Shown one piece after another: positions 34,376 through 48,089 of a stretch of DNA of 64,000 bases. The notes below the pieces were generated by a model. It made no database searches. It was given only the letters and a program-made list of their open reading frames with translations, and was not told the origin of the DNA. The stretch lies in the NCBI RefSeq assembly GCF_009914755.1, contig NC_060934.1, one strand, 5' to 3'. Each line of letters opens with the position of its first letter. Within the stretch, counting starts at the first letter, position 1. Source of the stretch: the human T2T-CHM13v2.0 reference genome, Homo sapiens. A program made the position numbers and the translations under genes.

Positions 34376-34701
34376 TTTTTGTTTGTTTATTTATTTATTT
34401 ATTTTGAGACAGGGTCTCATTCTGTCACCCAGGCTGGAACGCAGTGGTACAATCTTGGCTCACTGAAGGCTCACAGCAACTTCCGCCGCCCAGGTTCAAG
34501 CAATTCTCCCACCTCTGCCTTCCAAGTAGCTAGGATTACAGGTGCATGCCACTCACTATGCTAGGCTAACTTTTTTTTTTTTTTTTTTTTTTTGGTAGAG
34601 ATGGAGTTTAACCATGTTGGCCAGGCTGGTCTCGAACTCCAGACCTCAGGTGATCCGCTCACCTCAGCCTTGCAAAGTGCTGGGATTACAGGCATGAGCC
34701 A
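34376..34701 (-). mobile_element. Alu (S/J), slightly 5'-truncated
   Basis: Perfect 17-bp TSD ctcacacatccatttga at 34359-34375 and 34702-34718. Confidence 0.93.
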
Positions 34702-35789
34702 CTCACACATCCATTTGAAAAGCACTTTCACATAAATTTTATTTTCTCATTCACAGTTGCAATACTGGGAAGAGGGCTGTGCTTAGTCCTGCCTGGCATA
34801 GGTAAAGACAGAGATTTACAGATTATGTGTTTTGCCATCCAAGGTCACACTGGAGAGAGTTATCAGAGTCAGGGCATAAATGAAAACCTTCTGGTCTTCA
34901 TCCCGTACCCTTTCCACTCTTCTCACGGACTCCCTAGAGATTTTCTCTCTCAATCTCTCACTTTATGTTTGAGCAAATGGAAGCCCAGAATATTGCAATG
35001 ATTCATCAAGGTCATACAACTAGTTAGCAAACTGATGCTAGAGGCTGGATTTTTTGCCTCCCGAGCTAGCGTCTTTTCTGTTAGGTCTATGTAGCAAACA
35101 AAACCTGATTGTTAAGGAATGTTCAATGTGAGTTACAATCCAAGCCAGGGAAGACATTAATATAGGCCATCCAGTACAGAGCCCTTCACTCATCATTTTC
35201 ATTTTTAACAAATGTCCTCCCTCATTTGAGATACCCAGTTGATGTGCTCATCATCAAGTATGCACTGAAATGATGAGTATGAATGTGTCCTGCACTGGGG
35301 ACCAGCCCCGAGTGGGTCCCCCATTGTCAGTATATGGAGAGTCTCAGGAATAGCAACTCTCCCTTCCTCAGTGTAGACCTCGAAACAGCCAAAGTAAATA
35401 GAATTTTCCACCTCAACAGCTGTATTTATTTTGGGCTGTTTCTCCACCTACAACGCCCATTTGCTGTTCTCAGAGCTTCTGAACCTGTTTATTTTCAACC
35501 TCCCAGAGGCAGCCAGCTGTTGTATTCCCATTTCAAGGCAAAAAGAAGTCAACATGTTCTTCTGGAGGGAAGCAACCCATTTTAAGATCTTAAAGGATAT
35601 CACCCAAAGGAGAGTTTACCAGCTGTGGATATTTCCTGAGCAAGACACTATTCCTGCTCTCAAATATCTTATTCAAGTGGCTTAACAGATGTAATTGGAG
35701 ACAGAGCTTGAGCGCTGAAAATTACATAGTAATATAAAAGAGCTAGGGAGCAATATGAGCTCGAGATTTAAGTGATGTCAAGTGAATGT

Positions 35790-36188
35790 GATTGAGCAGA
35801 GCCTCCCCATCAGTAGGCTGGATTAAGCCTATAGGAATATTTTGTTTGGGATCCAAGTTTGTTTGTGTATGTGTTTGTTTTTCAGTGAGCCAATATTTAA
35901 AAATTGAGAGACTTTACCTAAAAGTCTGATTTCTGGCTTCGTTTGAAATACCAGAAGATCTGTCAATACGTGTTTGTCCTTATTGGGGCACCAGTGGGCT
36001 GGTGTGGTGGGTGTGTTAGATAAAACACACCCTCCTCAGTTTGCCATAAGTACTCCCTATTTTCTTTCCAATGTTGAGGCCAACTCTTAGTTGCCTTGTA
36101 CCTTCACAGTTGCAGTGTTGTTTTACTTATTCTCATTCACTTCAGTTTTGTGCTGGACCCCATGGGCATGTGAGTATTTCAACCCTTT
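35790..36188. mobile_element. MER102-like hAT-Charlie DNA transposon
   Basis: tttaaaaattgagagactttacctaaaagtctgatttctggcttc...gaagatctgtcaa. Confidence 0.65.
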
Positions 36189-36229
36189 TGGGGTCATTAG
36201 TGCCTTAAGGGCTGGTATGGATGTCGCCT

Positions 36230-36450
36230 TTGTTGAATGCCCATTATAATATAATAAGCACTGTACTAGACATGTACCTCATTTACTACTCACAGAAAAC
36301 CCTACCAGGCAGACATTATCATTCTCACTTTGCAAATGGGAAAAATGAGACTCAGCAAGGGTTTGATATCAGCTAGAAGTCATCCAGTTCACGAATAGCT
36401 AGGATTCAAATGCTAGCTGGCTAATTTCCTCCTTCATAGATACTGCCTCC
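36230..36450. mobile_element. MIR
   Basis: ctcatttactactcacag...cattctcactttgcaaatgggaaaaatgagactcag. Confidence 0.6.
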
Positions 36451-37381
36451 CAGAGAACTAGGAAGTGACAAAGTTGAGTCTTGAACTCCAGCCTAGTGAA
36501 CATTCTAAAAAGTCATACTCTATCACAGGCACACATTTTGCTGTGTGCAAAGAGATAGCTAGCAAATACCTCATGATGAATCCAGAGGACCTAGAAGAAA
36601 AAAACCACTTCCACTAGGAAATGACTCAATAACCAATAATAACTTCTGAAAAGAATACACTGTAATTGTCCTTAAATTGTAGGTAGACAAACCCATCACC
36701 AAGGAGTTGGCATGTGCTTCTGGGATAGATTGAAAATTTTGGCAACAACAGGGTATTGAACTATTAGAAAATACCATTTGGGTATTTCGATGAGAAGAAT
36801 GGAATCTGTGAAGATGCTAAACAAAGACCATAAATTCCATACGGTTTGGGCAGATAAAGAAGTAGTAAAACCTATATTCTAAATTCTAAGCCAACCATTC
36901 CTGGGCAGTGACCACTGGAAGCTGGACCTCAAAGCCTGAAGTCTGGATGTCAAAACCTATCACTTCCCATACAGCTCATTCTAGGTAGCAGAAATACAAA
37001 ATATTTAAATGTCAGTTATTCTGTTTTATATTTTGAAAAAGAGTTTTGGAAAGTTACACAGCTTGAATTTAAATCCAGGACTTCCATTATATGCTACCTT
37101 GAAGAAAACAGATGGTAGAGAGGGGAGGGAAAGGCATTCCAGGTAGGGGATGTCATGTTAGAAAACTTCAGATTCAGCTTGGGTAGAGAAGGGAACTAAA
37201 TAGCAGAGATTACAGTCTCTAAAATTTCTATCACCATGGTACATGATGACAGCAGCTACCTGTTTTATTACTTACCCTGTTACCTCAGATTGCAGATAAC
37301 TGACCATGCTGGCCCTCACTGAAATTCCCAAGGGACATGTCTCTAATGACCACATGTCCCTTTTACTCTCCTTTCACCTAG

Positions 37382-37453
37382 CCATGGCCATTTACCCCAC
37401 TTGCAAGATCCACCCTACTCCAAGGTTTTGGATCAATTCTCTTCCTGGTCAAG
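37382..37453 (+). other. Candidate 72-nt cassette exon
   Basis: Branch-like ctctaat, cttttactctcctttcacctag| acceptor, AAG|gtaagt donor. Confidence 0.35.
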
Positions 37454-37684
37454 GTAAGTTGCAGGCTAATAGGTAAATCACAGGCCAGCTATAGGTTGAG
37501 TAATGTTTAACAGCAACAACAAAACCAAAAATAACAATTACTATAACAGTAAAAATGGTAGTTACTTTTCCTGAGCTATGTCTATGTACTAAACACTTTG
37601 CTATTAAATAAAATAATTAATTAAATAATAAATAATTTATATTCTTTACTCCATGTAATTATATCACTCTGTGAGTTATACATT

Positions 37685-37767
37685 ATGGGGAGACAATTCT
37701 CTATGGGTCTCTTGCATTTCCGCACATCTTGTGAGTGAGGCATTCGCTCTTCTTTGTTCCAGACTTC
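37685..37767 (+). mobile_element. LTR40-like (ERVL) 5' fragment, truncated at the L1 tail
   Basis: gggagacaattctctatgggtctcttgcatttccgcacatcttg matches the LTR40 start as remembered. Confidence 0.7.
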
Positions 37768-38448
37768 TTTTTTTTTTTGATGGTAAGCAGTTTATTTTTT
37801 ATTTATTTATTTATTTATTTATTATACTTTAAGTTCTAGGGTGCATGTGCACAACGTGCAGGTTTGTTACATATGTATACATGTGCCATGTTGGTGTGCT
37901 GCACCCATTAACTCGTCATTTACATTACGTATATCTCCTAATGCTATCCCTCCTCCCTCCCTCCACCCCACAACAGGCCCCGGTATGTGATGTTCCCCTT
38001 CTTGTGTCCAAGTGTTCTCATTGTTCAATTGTCACTTATGAGGGAGAACATACAGTGTTCGTTTTTTTGTCTCTGTGATAGTTTGCTGAGAATGATGGTT
38101 TCCAGCTTCATCCATGTCCCTACAAAGGACATGAACTCATCCTTTTTATGGCTGCATAGTATTCCATGGTGTATATGTGCCACATTTTCTTAATCCAGTC
38201 TATCATTGATGGACATTTGGGTTGGTTCCAAGTCTTTGCTATTGTGAATAGTGCTGCAATAAACATATGTGTGCATATGTCTTTATAGCAGCATGATTTA
38301 TAATCCTTTGGGTATATACCCAGTAATGGGTTGGCTGGGTCAAATGGTATTTCTAGTTCTAGATCCTTGAGGAATCGCCATACTGTCTTCCACAATGGTT
38401 GAACCAGTTTACAACCCAACCAACAATGTAAAAGTGTTCCTTTTTCTC
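37768..38448 (-). mobile_element. 5'-truncated L1PA with bipartite tail
   Basis: L1PA 3'UTR/ORF2 end (track ORF 38120-38419); no TSD. Confidence 0.93.
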
Positions 38449-38628
38449 AAACTTTAGGTTGCATCTGAAATACTAAGATACTTGTTTTAAAACGCAAAAC
38501 TTCAGCCCTTATCCCTAAAAATGCTGAATCAGCAGGTCTAGGTTAGAACCAAAAATTGTTATTTAAAAAATAAGATTCCCAAGTGATTCAGGTGCATGAG
38601 GGTTGTAGAATTCTTTGAGAAGCATTGA
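38443..38628. mobile_element. MER5-like hAT-Charlie element
   Basis: tttctcaaact...tgctgaatcagcaggtctagg...cccaagtgattc...tttgagaagcattg. Confidence 0.65.
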
Positions 38629-38779
38629 TCTATGGGGGTAAAATGAAGTTCCTTTACAAGGAACACAAGAATCCCCACTATATAGTCCTTACTTATATCT
38701 TATGCTGCCATTCCTTGTTTTGTGCTTTACATTCTAGCAACTCCTAACAGCTTTTTAACACTTTCTACTTCCATATTTT

Positions 38780-39140
38780 GACCACCTTTCTTCTCTACAT
38801 AAACTAACTAACCTCTACTCATCCTGTAGCTCAGGTGTCTCCTCCTCCATGAAGCCTTCCGCCATCCCAAATAGGGGATATACAGTACTTCCTCTTCCCT
38901 CCTAAAGCCTTCTGTGCTTATCTCTATTATTCAGATCTACCTTTGATTAAAATTATCTGTTTATATGTCCGTCTCTACCATAAGACTATAAACTCCTTTA
39001 AGGTAGGCCATGTGTCCACTTTATCCTTATATGGGAAGACCTTTGTGGGATACTACAGTATCTAGTTTACAATAGGCATTGGGTTTCAAAATCAGTTTTT
39101 GTTGAATTAATAAAAGAATGAATAAATGGCTGAATGAATA
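38780..39140. mobile_element. L2 3' fragment
   Basis: ctcctccatgaagccttcc...agactataaactccttta...tgttgaattaataaaagaatgaataaatg. Confidence 0.6.
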
Positions 39141-39289
39141 AAGCCATTTCTTTGCAAGTAGCTTTCAGTATAAAATCTTGTTATGATATACTATTGATTT
39201 TCTTAAAAACATTGATTTCTTCTGATATAGGACCAGAAATATGAGAAAAATGGGAAAGAGCAGAAAGTTAAATTTTAGCATCATAGGGA

Positions 39290-39450
39290 GATTAAATAAT
39301 TTACCCTGGCCAACTCTTTTTACAGATAAGGAAACTGAGGTTTAGATAGGATGAATGACTTACCCAATGTCACACAGCTTGTTAGGGGCAAAATAAGACT
39401 GGGAGTTTTTTTCTCTTGGTTCATAGTCCCAAGCTCTTCAGGCTAACCAT
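39290..39450. mobile_element. MIR
   Basis: tttacagataaggaaactgaggtttaga...gacttacccaatgtcacacagct. Confidence 0.7.
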
Positions 39451-41237
39451 GGTCCCTCCCTTCCACTAAATTCTGTACCTACTCAAAGCCCTACTGAAGT
39501 TTCTACCATCCTGGCTTTTCCTGAGCTCATCTGATATTGATCATGTTGGTACTTCATATTATCTGAATAACTCATATGCCATTTTTCCTTACATAAATTT
39601 GCCTTTGATATATACCCAGTATCGGAAGTATTTTTAAAAAACCTTTTGCTGTATTTATCTTTACTGTTTAGATTTTTGTTTTTATATGCTGTAAATCAAA
39701 TTTGCCTCCTCATGTTGGCTGACTAATCTCTGATCAATAGATTTTTCTAGAGAATGTCTCCTTCACTAGTATTTAAGGGAGGGAAATGTGATATACTAAA
39801 TAATAAACTCTCCTAGTTTTCCCAAATACATCCAAAGCACAATCATCTCCATCTGTGTTTCCTCTGTCACTTGTATAATCAGATGTGGAAAATATTTAAC
39901 ATCACATTGAGTCCTCCAGTTTGAATCAGTACACGTGATAAATTGCATGGGGGTGTTTCATTTGTCTTGCAACAGAAACCTTTATCTTTGCCTGGTGGCC
40001 TGACTGTAGTTTAATAAAAGAAAGGCCCTTTGAATAGATCTTGTGCAATATGAGTTCTCATCCAGGTCTATGAATAATTCATCAGGCAAGAATCTTGTTT
40101 CTGTTTATGAAATAATATTCTAAAGACCATTAAGGCTAGACCTGTGCTGTAGTCAAAAGTCCTTCTTGAGTTCCAGCTAGTGATATGCAGAAAATTATTG
40201 TTGCTACAACTCTTCAGACATATGGCTAAGTTCAAGGGAATTTGTTAACTTCTTGTGTTGCATCCAAAAGTTTCCAATTATCAACAAAAGATGGCATACC
40301 AATGCAATTACTCCTGATGTATTCCAGTTAGGGATTCTAAATAACCATAGTTGTGTGGGTGTATGTGGTCTGAAATAACAGGAATCAGTGAAAATTTCAA
40401 GTGTAAATACACCACAGAGACCACTTACATATCACAACCAGACAAACGTATCCCACTGAGCTGAATGTGCTTTCAACAGGAAGCAGGGATTTTTGGACCA
40501 CCTCCCAAACCCTGATTCCCAGCCGTTGTAAACTGTTTGAGATCCATTTTGTTTCCAGTTGTGCAACAGACTTCTCCAACAGCTTATTTGCTTCATGTGT
40601 CAACAAAGTTGAAAAACAGTGCCTCTTACACAAGTTAGTCAGAAATGTATAAAGCTATTGTTAATGATGTGGTTACCACCAAACTTGGAAAAACAAATTA
40701 CAGGCTGTGCCAGAGAAGCAGGCTTATCTTGCTGAGCCTTAGTATGCCTCCTTGATTCCTAGATAACTCTTATACTCATTGGTTTGGGATCTTTTTAAAG
40801 GTTATTTTTAGAGTAATTCTGCTAGCCAAGGAATAGCAAAGTAAGAAAGGGAAAAGACTTGTATAGCTTCAGGAAAACATACACTGCCTGTTTTGGAGGA
40901 AAATCATCCCTGGGGATAAGGCCAAAGGGAGATCCCTGAAGGCAAATTCTTGACCATCCAGGTCCTGTGGCCACACACACTATTACTTTTATTTATCCAA
41001 ATATCAGCAGAAGCTACCAAGCCTGTAGGTGCAAGTGGCAATAATTTAGGTTTGATCTTCTTTAAGTGCAGCTCAGATCATGTCACTAAATCTTTACTGA
41101 TTTTTATCATTCATAAAATCAAGTGCAAACCCCACAGCCTGGCTCTCAGTGCCCTCCAAAAATAAATAATTCTCTAATATTATCTTCCATTAATTTAATA
41201 AAACCTTATTCCCAGGTAATCCCTGAAATAATCAGCC

Positions 41238-41672
41238 CATGATGGTTAATTTTATGTGTCAACTTGGCTGGGCCATGTTGATGCATATTTTAATAATTTT
41301 GAAATACGTGTTCAACATTATTCTGGATATTTTTTGTGACAGTATTTTTGAATGAGATTAACATTTAAATTTGTGGACTTTGAGTAAAGTAGACTGCTCG
41401 CCACATAACGTGGGTGGGTCTCATCCAATCAGTTGAAGGCCTGAATAGGACAAAAGACTGACTTTCTTCTGGAGGGAAATTCTGCCAATAAATGGCCTTC
41501 AGACTTGAACTGCAACATTGTCTCTTCCTGGGTCTCCAGCCCAGTGGTCTTCCCTGCAGATTTTGGACTTGCTAGCCTCCGTAATCATGTGTACCAATTC
41601 CTTAAAATACATTTCTTTCTATGTATATACATATCCTAATGGTTTTGTTTCCCTGGAGAACTGGCTAAAACA
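41238..41672 (+). mobile_element. MLT2-family (ERVL) solo LTR
   Basis: gatggttaattttatgtgtcaacttgg...ctggagaactggctaaaaca; TSD cagcc/tagcc. Confidence 0.85.
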
Positions 41673-41744
41673 TAGCCCCAGGCTTTTATGTTTTGTTGTC
41701 TTTGTTTATATGGTATTACAAACACTATTGCTAGTAATACTCTT

Positions 41745-41930
41745 ATTGGTATTTATTGAATCTTACTATGTGCAAGGCACCATGCATTGAATTTCCACAC
41801 ATTGTCTCATTTAATTCTCACAACAACCTATGAGGCAAGGACATAGAGTTATTAATCAATTGCTTAAGATCATAGTACTAGTAAGTGGCAGATTAAGGGT
41901 TTTGATTTTATATGTTTCTGACACAAAAGC
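41745..41930. mobile_element. MIR
   Basis: atttattgaatcttactatgtgcaaggcac...tttaattctcacaacaacctatgagg. Confidence 0.7.
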
Positions 41931-42347
41931 CCTTATTATAATGAGTTCGAAACCCCATGAGAAATTATATCTTTGAGAAAGTTAATTTTCTCTACCAGTT
42001 TTTAAAATGATATCTTAGCAACCTGTCTGATCCTCTTCCCACTACATAGTGAACTTGTGGAGAACGGGAATCACGTCTCTGTGTTTTTGTATCCCATGCA
42101 ACACCACAGTATTGTGCATAGTAAGTTTTCCATTTGTTCTAGGAAATTCTGATAACCTAAATATCAGAAGGATTCTGAAAAGAAAAACAGATTCAACCAA
42201 AAAGAGGAGTTGGTGAAGTTGGTCTCTGGCATCCCAGCCTTCTGTCTCTGTGCTCTCCTTTTCCTCTAGAGAGAACTCCCATTTCCCACGGCACTCACTG
42301 CTAGAACTCTAAGAGGCAGAGGATGCAAGGGTTCAGTGAGGGCCAAG

Positions 42348-42552
42348 CCATGATATGCTGGAGCCAATTTGTACCAGCTCATGAGAATCAATTACAAGCA
42401 CTTTTTCTAAACTCTATATTCAATGATGTAACATTGGAAGCTTGAAATTGCCCATGTGTGAGTATTTACACCATGGAAATCAGTAAACACTACAAATCAG
42501 GGCTTCCCTCTCTCCCATCCAGAGAACTGGTTTATCATTAAACTAGTACCTG
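42348..42552. mobile_element. MER63A-like hAT-Blackjack element
   Basis: tgctggagccaatttgtaccagctcatgaga...tatttacaccatggaaatcagtaaacactacaaatcagggctt. Confidence 0.7.
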
Positions 42553-43409
42553 CCCAAAGAGGAGAGGGACCCATGATTCCAAAAGCCTCCTGCCTTTTCC
42601 CTGCTCCCTTTGACCTCAACTTCTGGATTCACAAAACTTTGTTAAGTGTCTTCTATAAGCGGTTGCTTTGCCAGGTGATATGAAGAATACCATGGTTAAT
42701 GCCATCTGGTTCTTAGGAACTGGTTTCTCAGTGGGAAAATAACAGATACACAAATAACATGAATAATTATTGATTATCCCATTTAGTTTTTCCCTCTTAT
42801 TTGTTTTGAAATTCAAAGTATGAATATTTACCCATATAAAAATGTAGAAAATGTAAGTGCCATGAGGACAGGAACTTTGACTTTTTATTACCTTTGCCGA
42901 GTGCTAGGACGGTGTGATGCATATGGTGAGTGCTAAACAGTCAATGAATAAAATTATGCATTAAAAAATGAAACGACTATATATAATAAAATGTTAGCAA
43001 TGCTTATCTATACAGGACTGATAGGATTATGGCTCACTTTTCTTCCTTTCTTTTTGGTGAGGGCTTATCTGTAGTTTTCAAGTGTTTAATGATGGGCATA
43101 TATTAATATTATGTTGGAAGCTGAACAAAAAATAAAAAATAACTAGAATTACATAAAGTAACCAATATTAAGTTACCAGAAGGTACATAAATATAAGCCT
43201 CACCAAAGCTAATTGCTGTGTAGTCTTCTGGGAGTGTTTCTTGAAGGAAATGAGGCTGGCGATATGTTTAAAATCCTCTTTGCTCAGAATCATTTTAAGC
43301 TACCTGTCATAGGAAAAGGACCAGGTAAAATAATTCACACTAAGGGATGACTGGCAGCCGATACTGTCATTTCTTTCAGGAGGCAGTCAGTTCACAAAAA
43401 TCTAAACTA

Positions 43410-44130
43410 GTGAATTATGTAATACAAATCTTCCATATCTTTACTAATTTTTCATATGCTTTGTTTATCAATTACTGAGAAAAGTACATTAAAATTTCCC
43501 ACTGTTGTGGTGTATTAGTCAGTCTCTTCATGTAAAGTGCTTCATTTTGTGTAACTTTTCAGGTGTATTTTCAAAGTCACTGATTTTCCCTTCAGCTGTG
43601 TCTAAACCAATATTTAAACCTTCCTTTGAGGTTCAAATTTTAATGATTAAATTTTATTTTTAGATACTTTATTTGTATTTTTTCTCTTTGTCTCATCAAT
43701 GTTGATACTTCGACTACTTTTTGTGGTTTCTAAAACTTATTTTATATTTGCTATCTGATCATTTCAGCATCTGTTGTCTCAGGCTGATTTTGTAGCTTGT
43801 GATGACTTGTTTTCTAGTGCGCTTAGTGACTTTTTTAGTTGTGTACTCATATCCCTCTGGAACATCTTTGAGGCCTGTCTTTAAGTTTATTACCCAATAG
43901 ATAATTGGCTTTTGCTTCTATCGGGTGTTTATGGCACCATCAACCTGAAGTCTTTTTAGCCTAATTTTTTCAGCTAGGTTTTTTTTTTTTTTTTTTTTTT
44001 TTTGGGCTGCTTTGGCAGTATGAGTTCTGGCTCCAGACCTGTGTGAGTTGGAAATTATCAGGGGATTTTTTTTTCTTTTATTCTGTACCATGTAGACCTA
44101 AGGCTGAGATAGCCAAGTGTTTCCACCATC
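43410..44130 (-). mobile_element. Old L1M fragments
   Basis: aattactgagaaaagtacattaaaatttcccact; cttcagctgtgtctaa. Confidence 0.55.
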
Positions 44131-44269
44131 TACTTCTTCTTTTTTTTTTAATTTGTAAGGTTTAAAAAATTTTTTTTGTGGGTATATAGCAGGTGTATAT
44201 ATCTATGGGGTACATGAGATGTACCCCATGTACATGCCTGTTTTGATACAGGCATGTAATGTGAACTAA

Positions 44270-44643
<374 letters not shown>

Positions 44644-44674
44644 AATACTTTTTTATTTTAAAATGTATGATTAA

Positions 44675-45017
<343 letters not shown>

Positions 45018-45181
45018 AATAATAGGTCTTATTCATTGTTTCTAACTATTTTTGGTACCCATTAACCATCCCTACCTCCCCCTACAACCTCATGCTACCC
45101 TTCCCAGCCTCTGGTAACCATCTGTTTATTCTCTATGTCCGTGAGTTCAATTGATTTGATTTTAGAAATCAAATCAGTAAG

Positions 45182-45391
45182 TGAGTAAGTACGTGTGATA
45201 TTTGTCTTTCTGTGCCTGGTTTATTTCACTTAACATAATGATGTCCAGTTCCAACTATGTTGTTGCAAATGACTGAATCTCATTTAAATGAGTAAGAACA
45301 TGTGATATTTGTCTTTCTGTGCCTGGTTTATTTCACTTAACATAATGATGTCCAGTTCCATCTATATTGTTGCAAATGACTGAATCTCATT
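45182..45391. repeat. Tandem duplication, 107-bp period, inside the L1MA
   Basis: tgtgatatttgtctttctgtgcctgg starts at both 45194 and 45301. Confidence 0.93.
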
Positions 45392-46109
45392 CTTCTTTAT
45401 GGCTGAATAGTACTCCATTGTGTATATGTACCACATTTTCTGTATCCATTCATCTGTTAATGGGCGTTTAGGTTGCTTCCAAATCTTAATTATTGTAAAC
45501 AGTGCTGCAACAAACAGGAATGCAGAGATCTCTTTGATATACTGATTTCCTCTCTTTTGGGTATATACCCAGCAATGGGATTGCTGGATCATATGTAGCT
45601 CAATTTTTAGTTTTTTTTTTTTTGAGGAACCTCCAAACTATTCTCCATAGTGTCTGTATTAACTTACATTCTCACCAACAGTGTACAAGGTTTCCTTTTC
45701 TCCACATGGTCGCCAGTATTCGTTATTGCCTGTCTTTTGGATATAAGCTACTTTAACTAGGATGAGATATCTCACTGTAGTAGTGGTAGTAGTTTTTTCA
45801 CCACCCACTTCTGTGTGGTTTATCTTTCCCCTGCTTCATCCATTGACCTAATTGTCTCTTGGAGCTCCTGAATGTATTCAGTGGTCTATGGATCAACCTT
45901 CCATAATGCACTGATTTCAGGGTTTGCATTTTGTCACTTGAGCATGGGCCATTAATCCCAAGCCGTCTGCTACTAGAGACTTGTAGATGACCCCTAATAA
46001 ACAATGGCTTTTGGGTTGCTTTCTGCTTTGAATGTACTCTTTCTTGTTATTTCTTTTTTTTTCCCACTAGTATAGACACACACTTAAAAATATTGATTTT
46101 ATATTTTAT

Positions 46110-47920
46110 AAAATTTTTACTTTATTGTAATAGCTTTTGGGGAACAGGTGGTTTTTTGGCTACATGGAAGAGTTCTTTAGTGGTGATTTCTGAGATTTTG
46201 GTGCACCCATCACCCGAGCAGTGTACACTGTACCTGATGGGTAGTTATTTATCCCTCACCCTCCTCTCACCCTTATCCCTGTGTCCCCCAAATCTATTAT
46301 ATCATTCTTATGCCTTTGTGTCCTCATATCTTAGCTCCCACTTATAAGTGAGAACATACAATATTTGTTTTACCATTCCTGAGTTACCTGACTTAGAATA
46401 ATGGTCTCCAGCTCCATTCAGGTTGCTGTCAATGCCATAATTTCATTCCCTTTTATGGATGAGTAGTATTCCATGGTATATACATACCACATTTTCTTTA
46501 TCCACTTATTGATTGATGGGAATTTAGGCCACTTCTGTGTTTCTGCAACTGTGAATTGTGCTGCTATAAACATGTGTGTGCAAGGGTCTTTTTCATATAA
46601 TGAGTTCTTTTTGTCTGGGTAGATACCTAGCAGTGGGATTGCTGGATCTAATTGTAGTTCTACTTTTAGTTCTTTAGGGAATCTCCATACCCTTTCTCTA
46701 GGTATGGGGCTTCCTGAGAGACAGACTGCAATGATTGTTGTTACTCTTCTGGGTCTAGCCATCCAGCAGGGCTACCAGGCTCTGGGCTTGTGCTGGGGAA
46801 TATCTGCAAAGAGTCCTGTGATGTGATCCATCTTCAGGTCTCCGAGCCATGGATACTAGCACCTGATCTGGTGGAGGTGGCAGGGGAGTGAAGGAGACTC
46901 TGTGAGAATCCTTGATTGTAGATATGTTTAGTGTGCTGGTTTTCTCAAATGCTGATTTTGCTAGTAGTAAAGTTGTCATGTGGACACCCTCAGGATCTCT
47001 AGTTAGCTAGGAAGTTTCAGGCAGTTGTTTTAGCTATAGTTTTCTCCTTCCTGGACGGAAGGTTATTCTGTCATGAGTTGCTATAATGGCCTGAGTTGGT
47101 TGGCCTTCAACCAGGAGGTGGTGCTTTCAAGAGAGCACCAGCTGTGGTATTAGCAGTGGGATTTGGGTTTGCCCTAAATTGGCCAGGGGAAGTATTCTGG
47201 TTTCTCAAGCAATGGGTGGGACCATAAAGCTCCTAAGAGTTTATGTGTTTGTCTTCAGCTACCAGGGCAGGTAGAGAACTACCATTAGGTGGCGGTAGGG
47301 TTAGGCGGGTCTGTTCTCAGACTCTCCTTGGGTGGGGGTTGCCATGGCCACTGTGAGGGGTTGGGGGATAGTTCTCAGGCCAATGGGGTTATGTTCCAGA
47401 GGGCATTATGCCTGCCTCTGTTGTGTCATATAGTTTGCCACAGAAGTGGGGGATAGCTGGTAGTGAAAGGCCTCATCCAGCTCCCATGTAGTTAGTGAGG
47501 CCAGTCTTACTCCCACAGTGCCCTGCCAACAGCACTGAGTTTAGATCCAGGCAGCCTGCATGTGGAACTCAGACCTTCTCCAGGCCATAGTTTCCCCACT
47601 AAGAAGGCAAGAATGGCTTTCAGGCCTTGCCCCTCCCTTTCTGCCCACAATGTCAGCAGCAGCTCCTGCACTCATATCTGCAGCAATTCCCATTTGCCCG
47701 CACCCTGAATTCTGCTCAAGAAAATTCATGCCCAGTCAAAATTGTTACAAATTTCAGCTGGAAGATTCTTTCACCCTGTGACTCCTCCCTAATTCTGCAG
47801 GCTGCCTTCCCAAGGGCCCCTGGGAGACATAGTCAAGGATGGCTTCTCTGTACTGGAGCTGGAGACTGGAAGTTCCTACAAGGCTCTTCCCACTGCTGCT
47901 TCCACTTTTATATTTCACAT
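46110..47920 (-). mobile_element. L1PB with 3' end (46110-~46690) joined directly to 5'UTR (~46690-47920)
   Basis: L1PB 3'UTR/ORF2 end switches abruptly to GC-richer L1PB 5'UTR (ggggcttcctgagag...ccaggaggtggtgctttcaagagagc). Confidence 0.8.
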
Positions 47921-47921
47921 G

Positions 47922-48078
47922 TGATATGGGTTTGCTGTGTCCTCATCCGAATCGTATCTTGAATTGTAGCTCCCATAGTTTCCACACGTTGTGGGAGGGA
48001 CCCAGTGAGAGGTAATTGAATCATAGGGGCAGGTCTTTCCTGTGCTGTTCTTGTGACAGTGAATAAGTCTCATGAGAC
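47922..48078 (+). mobile_element. THE1B-like LTR 5' fragment (3'-truncated)
   Basis: tgatatgggtttgctgtgtcc...gtgaataagtctcatgaga. Confidence 0.85.
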
Positions 48079-48089
48079 CTCCCAAGTAA

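Noticed and set aside
35205-35685. Cluster of 80-100 aa ORFs in unique DNA
   Set aside because: No recognisable protein similarity; the candidate minus acceptor lacks a pyrimidine tract
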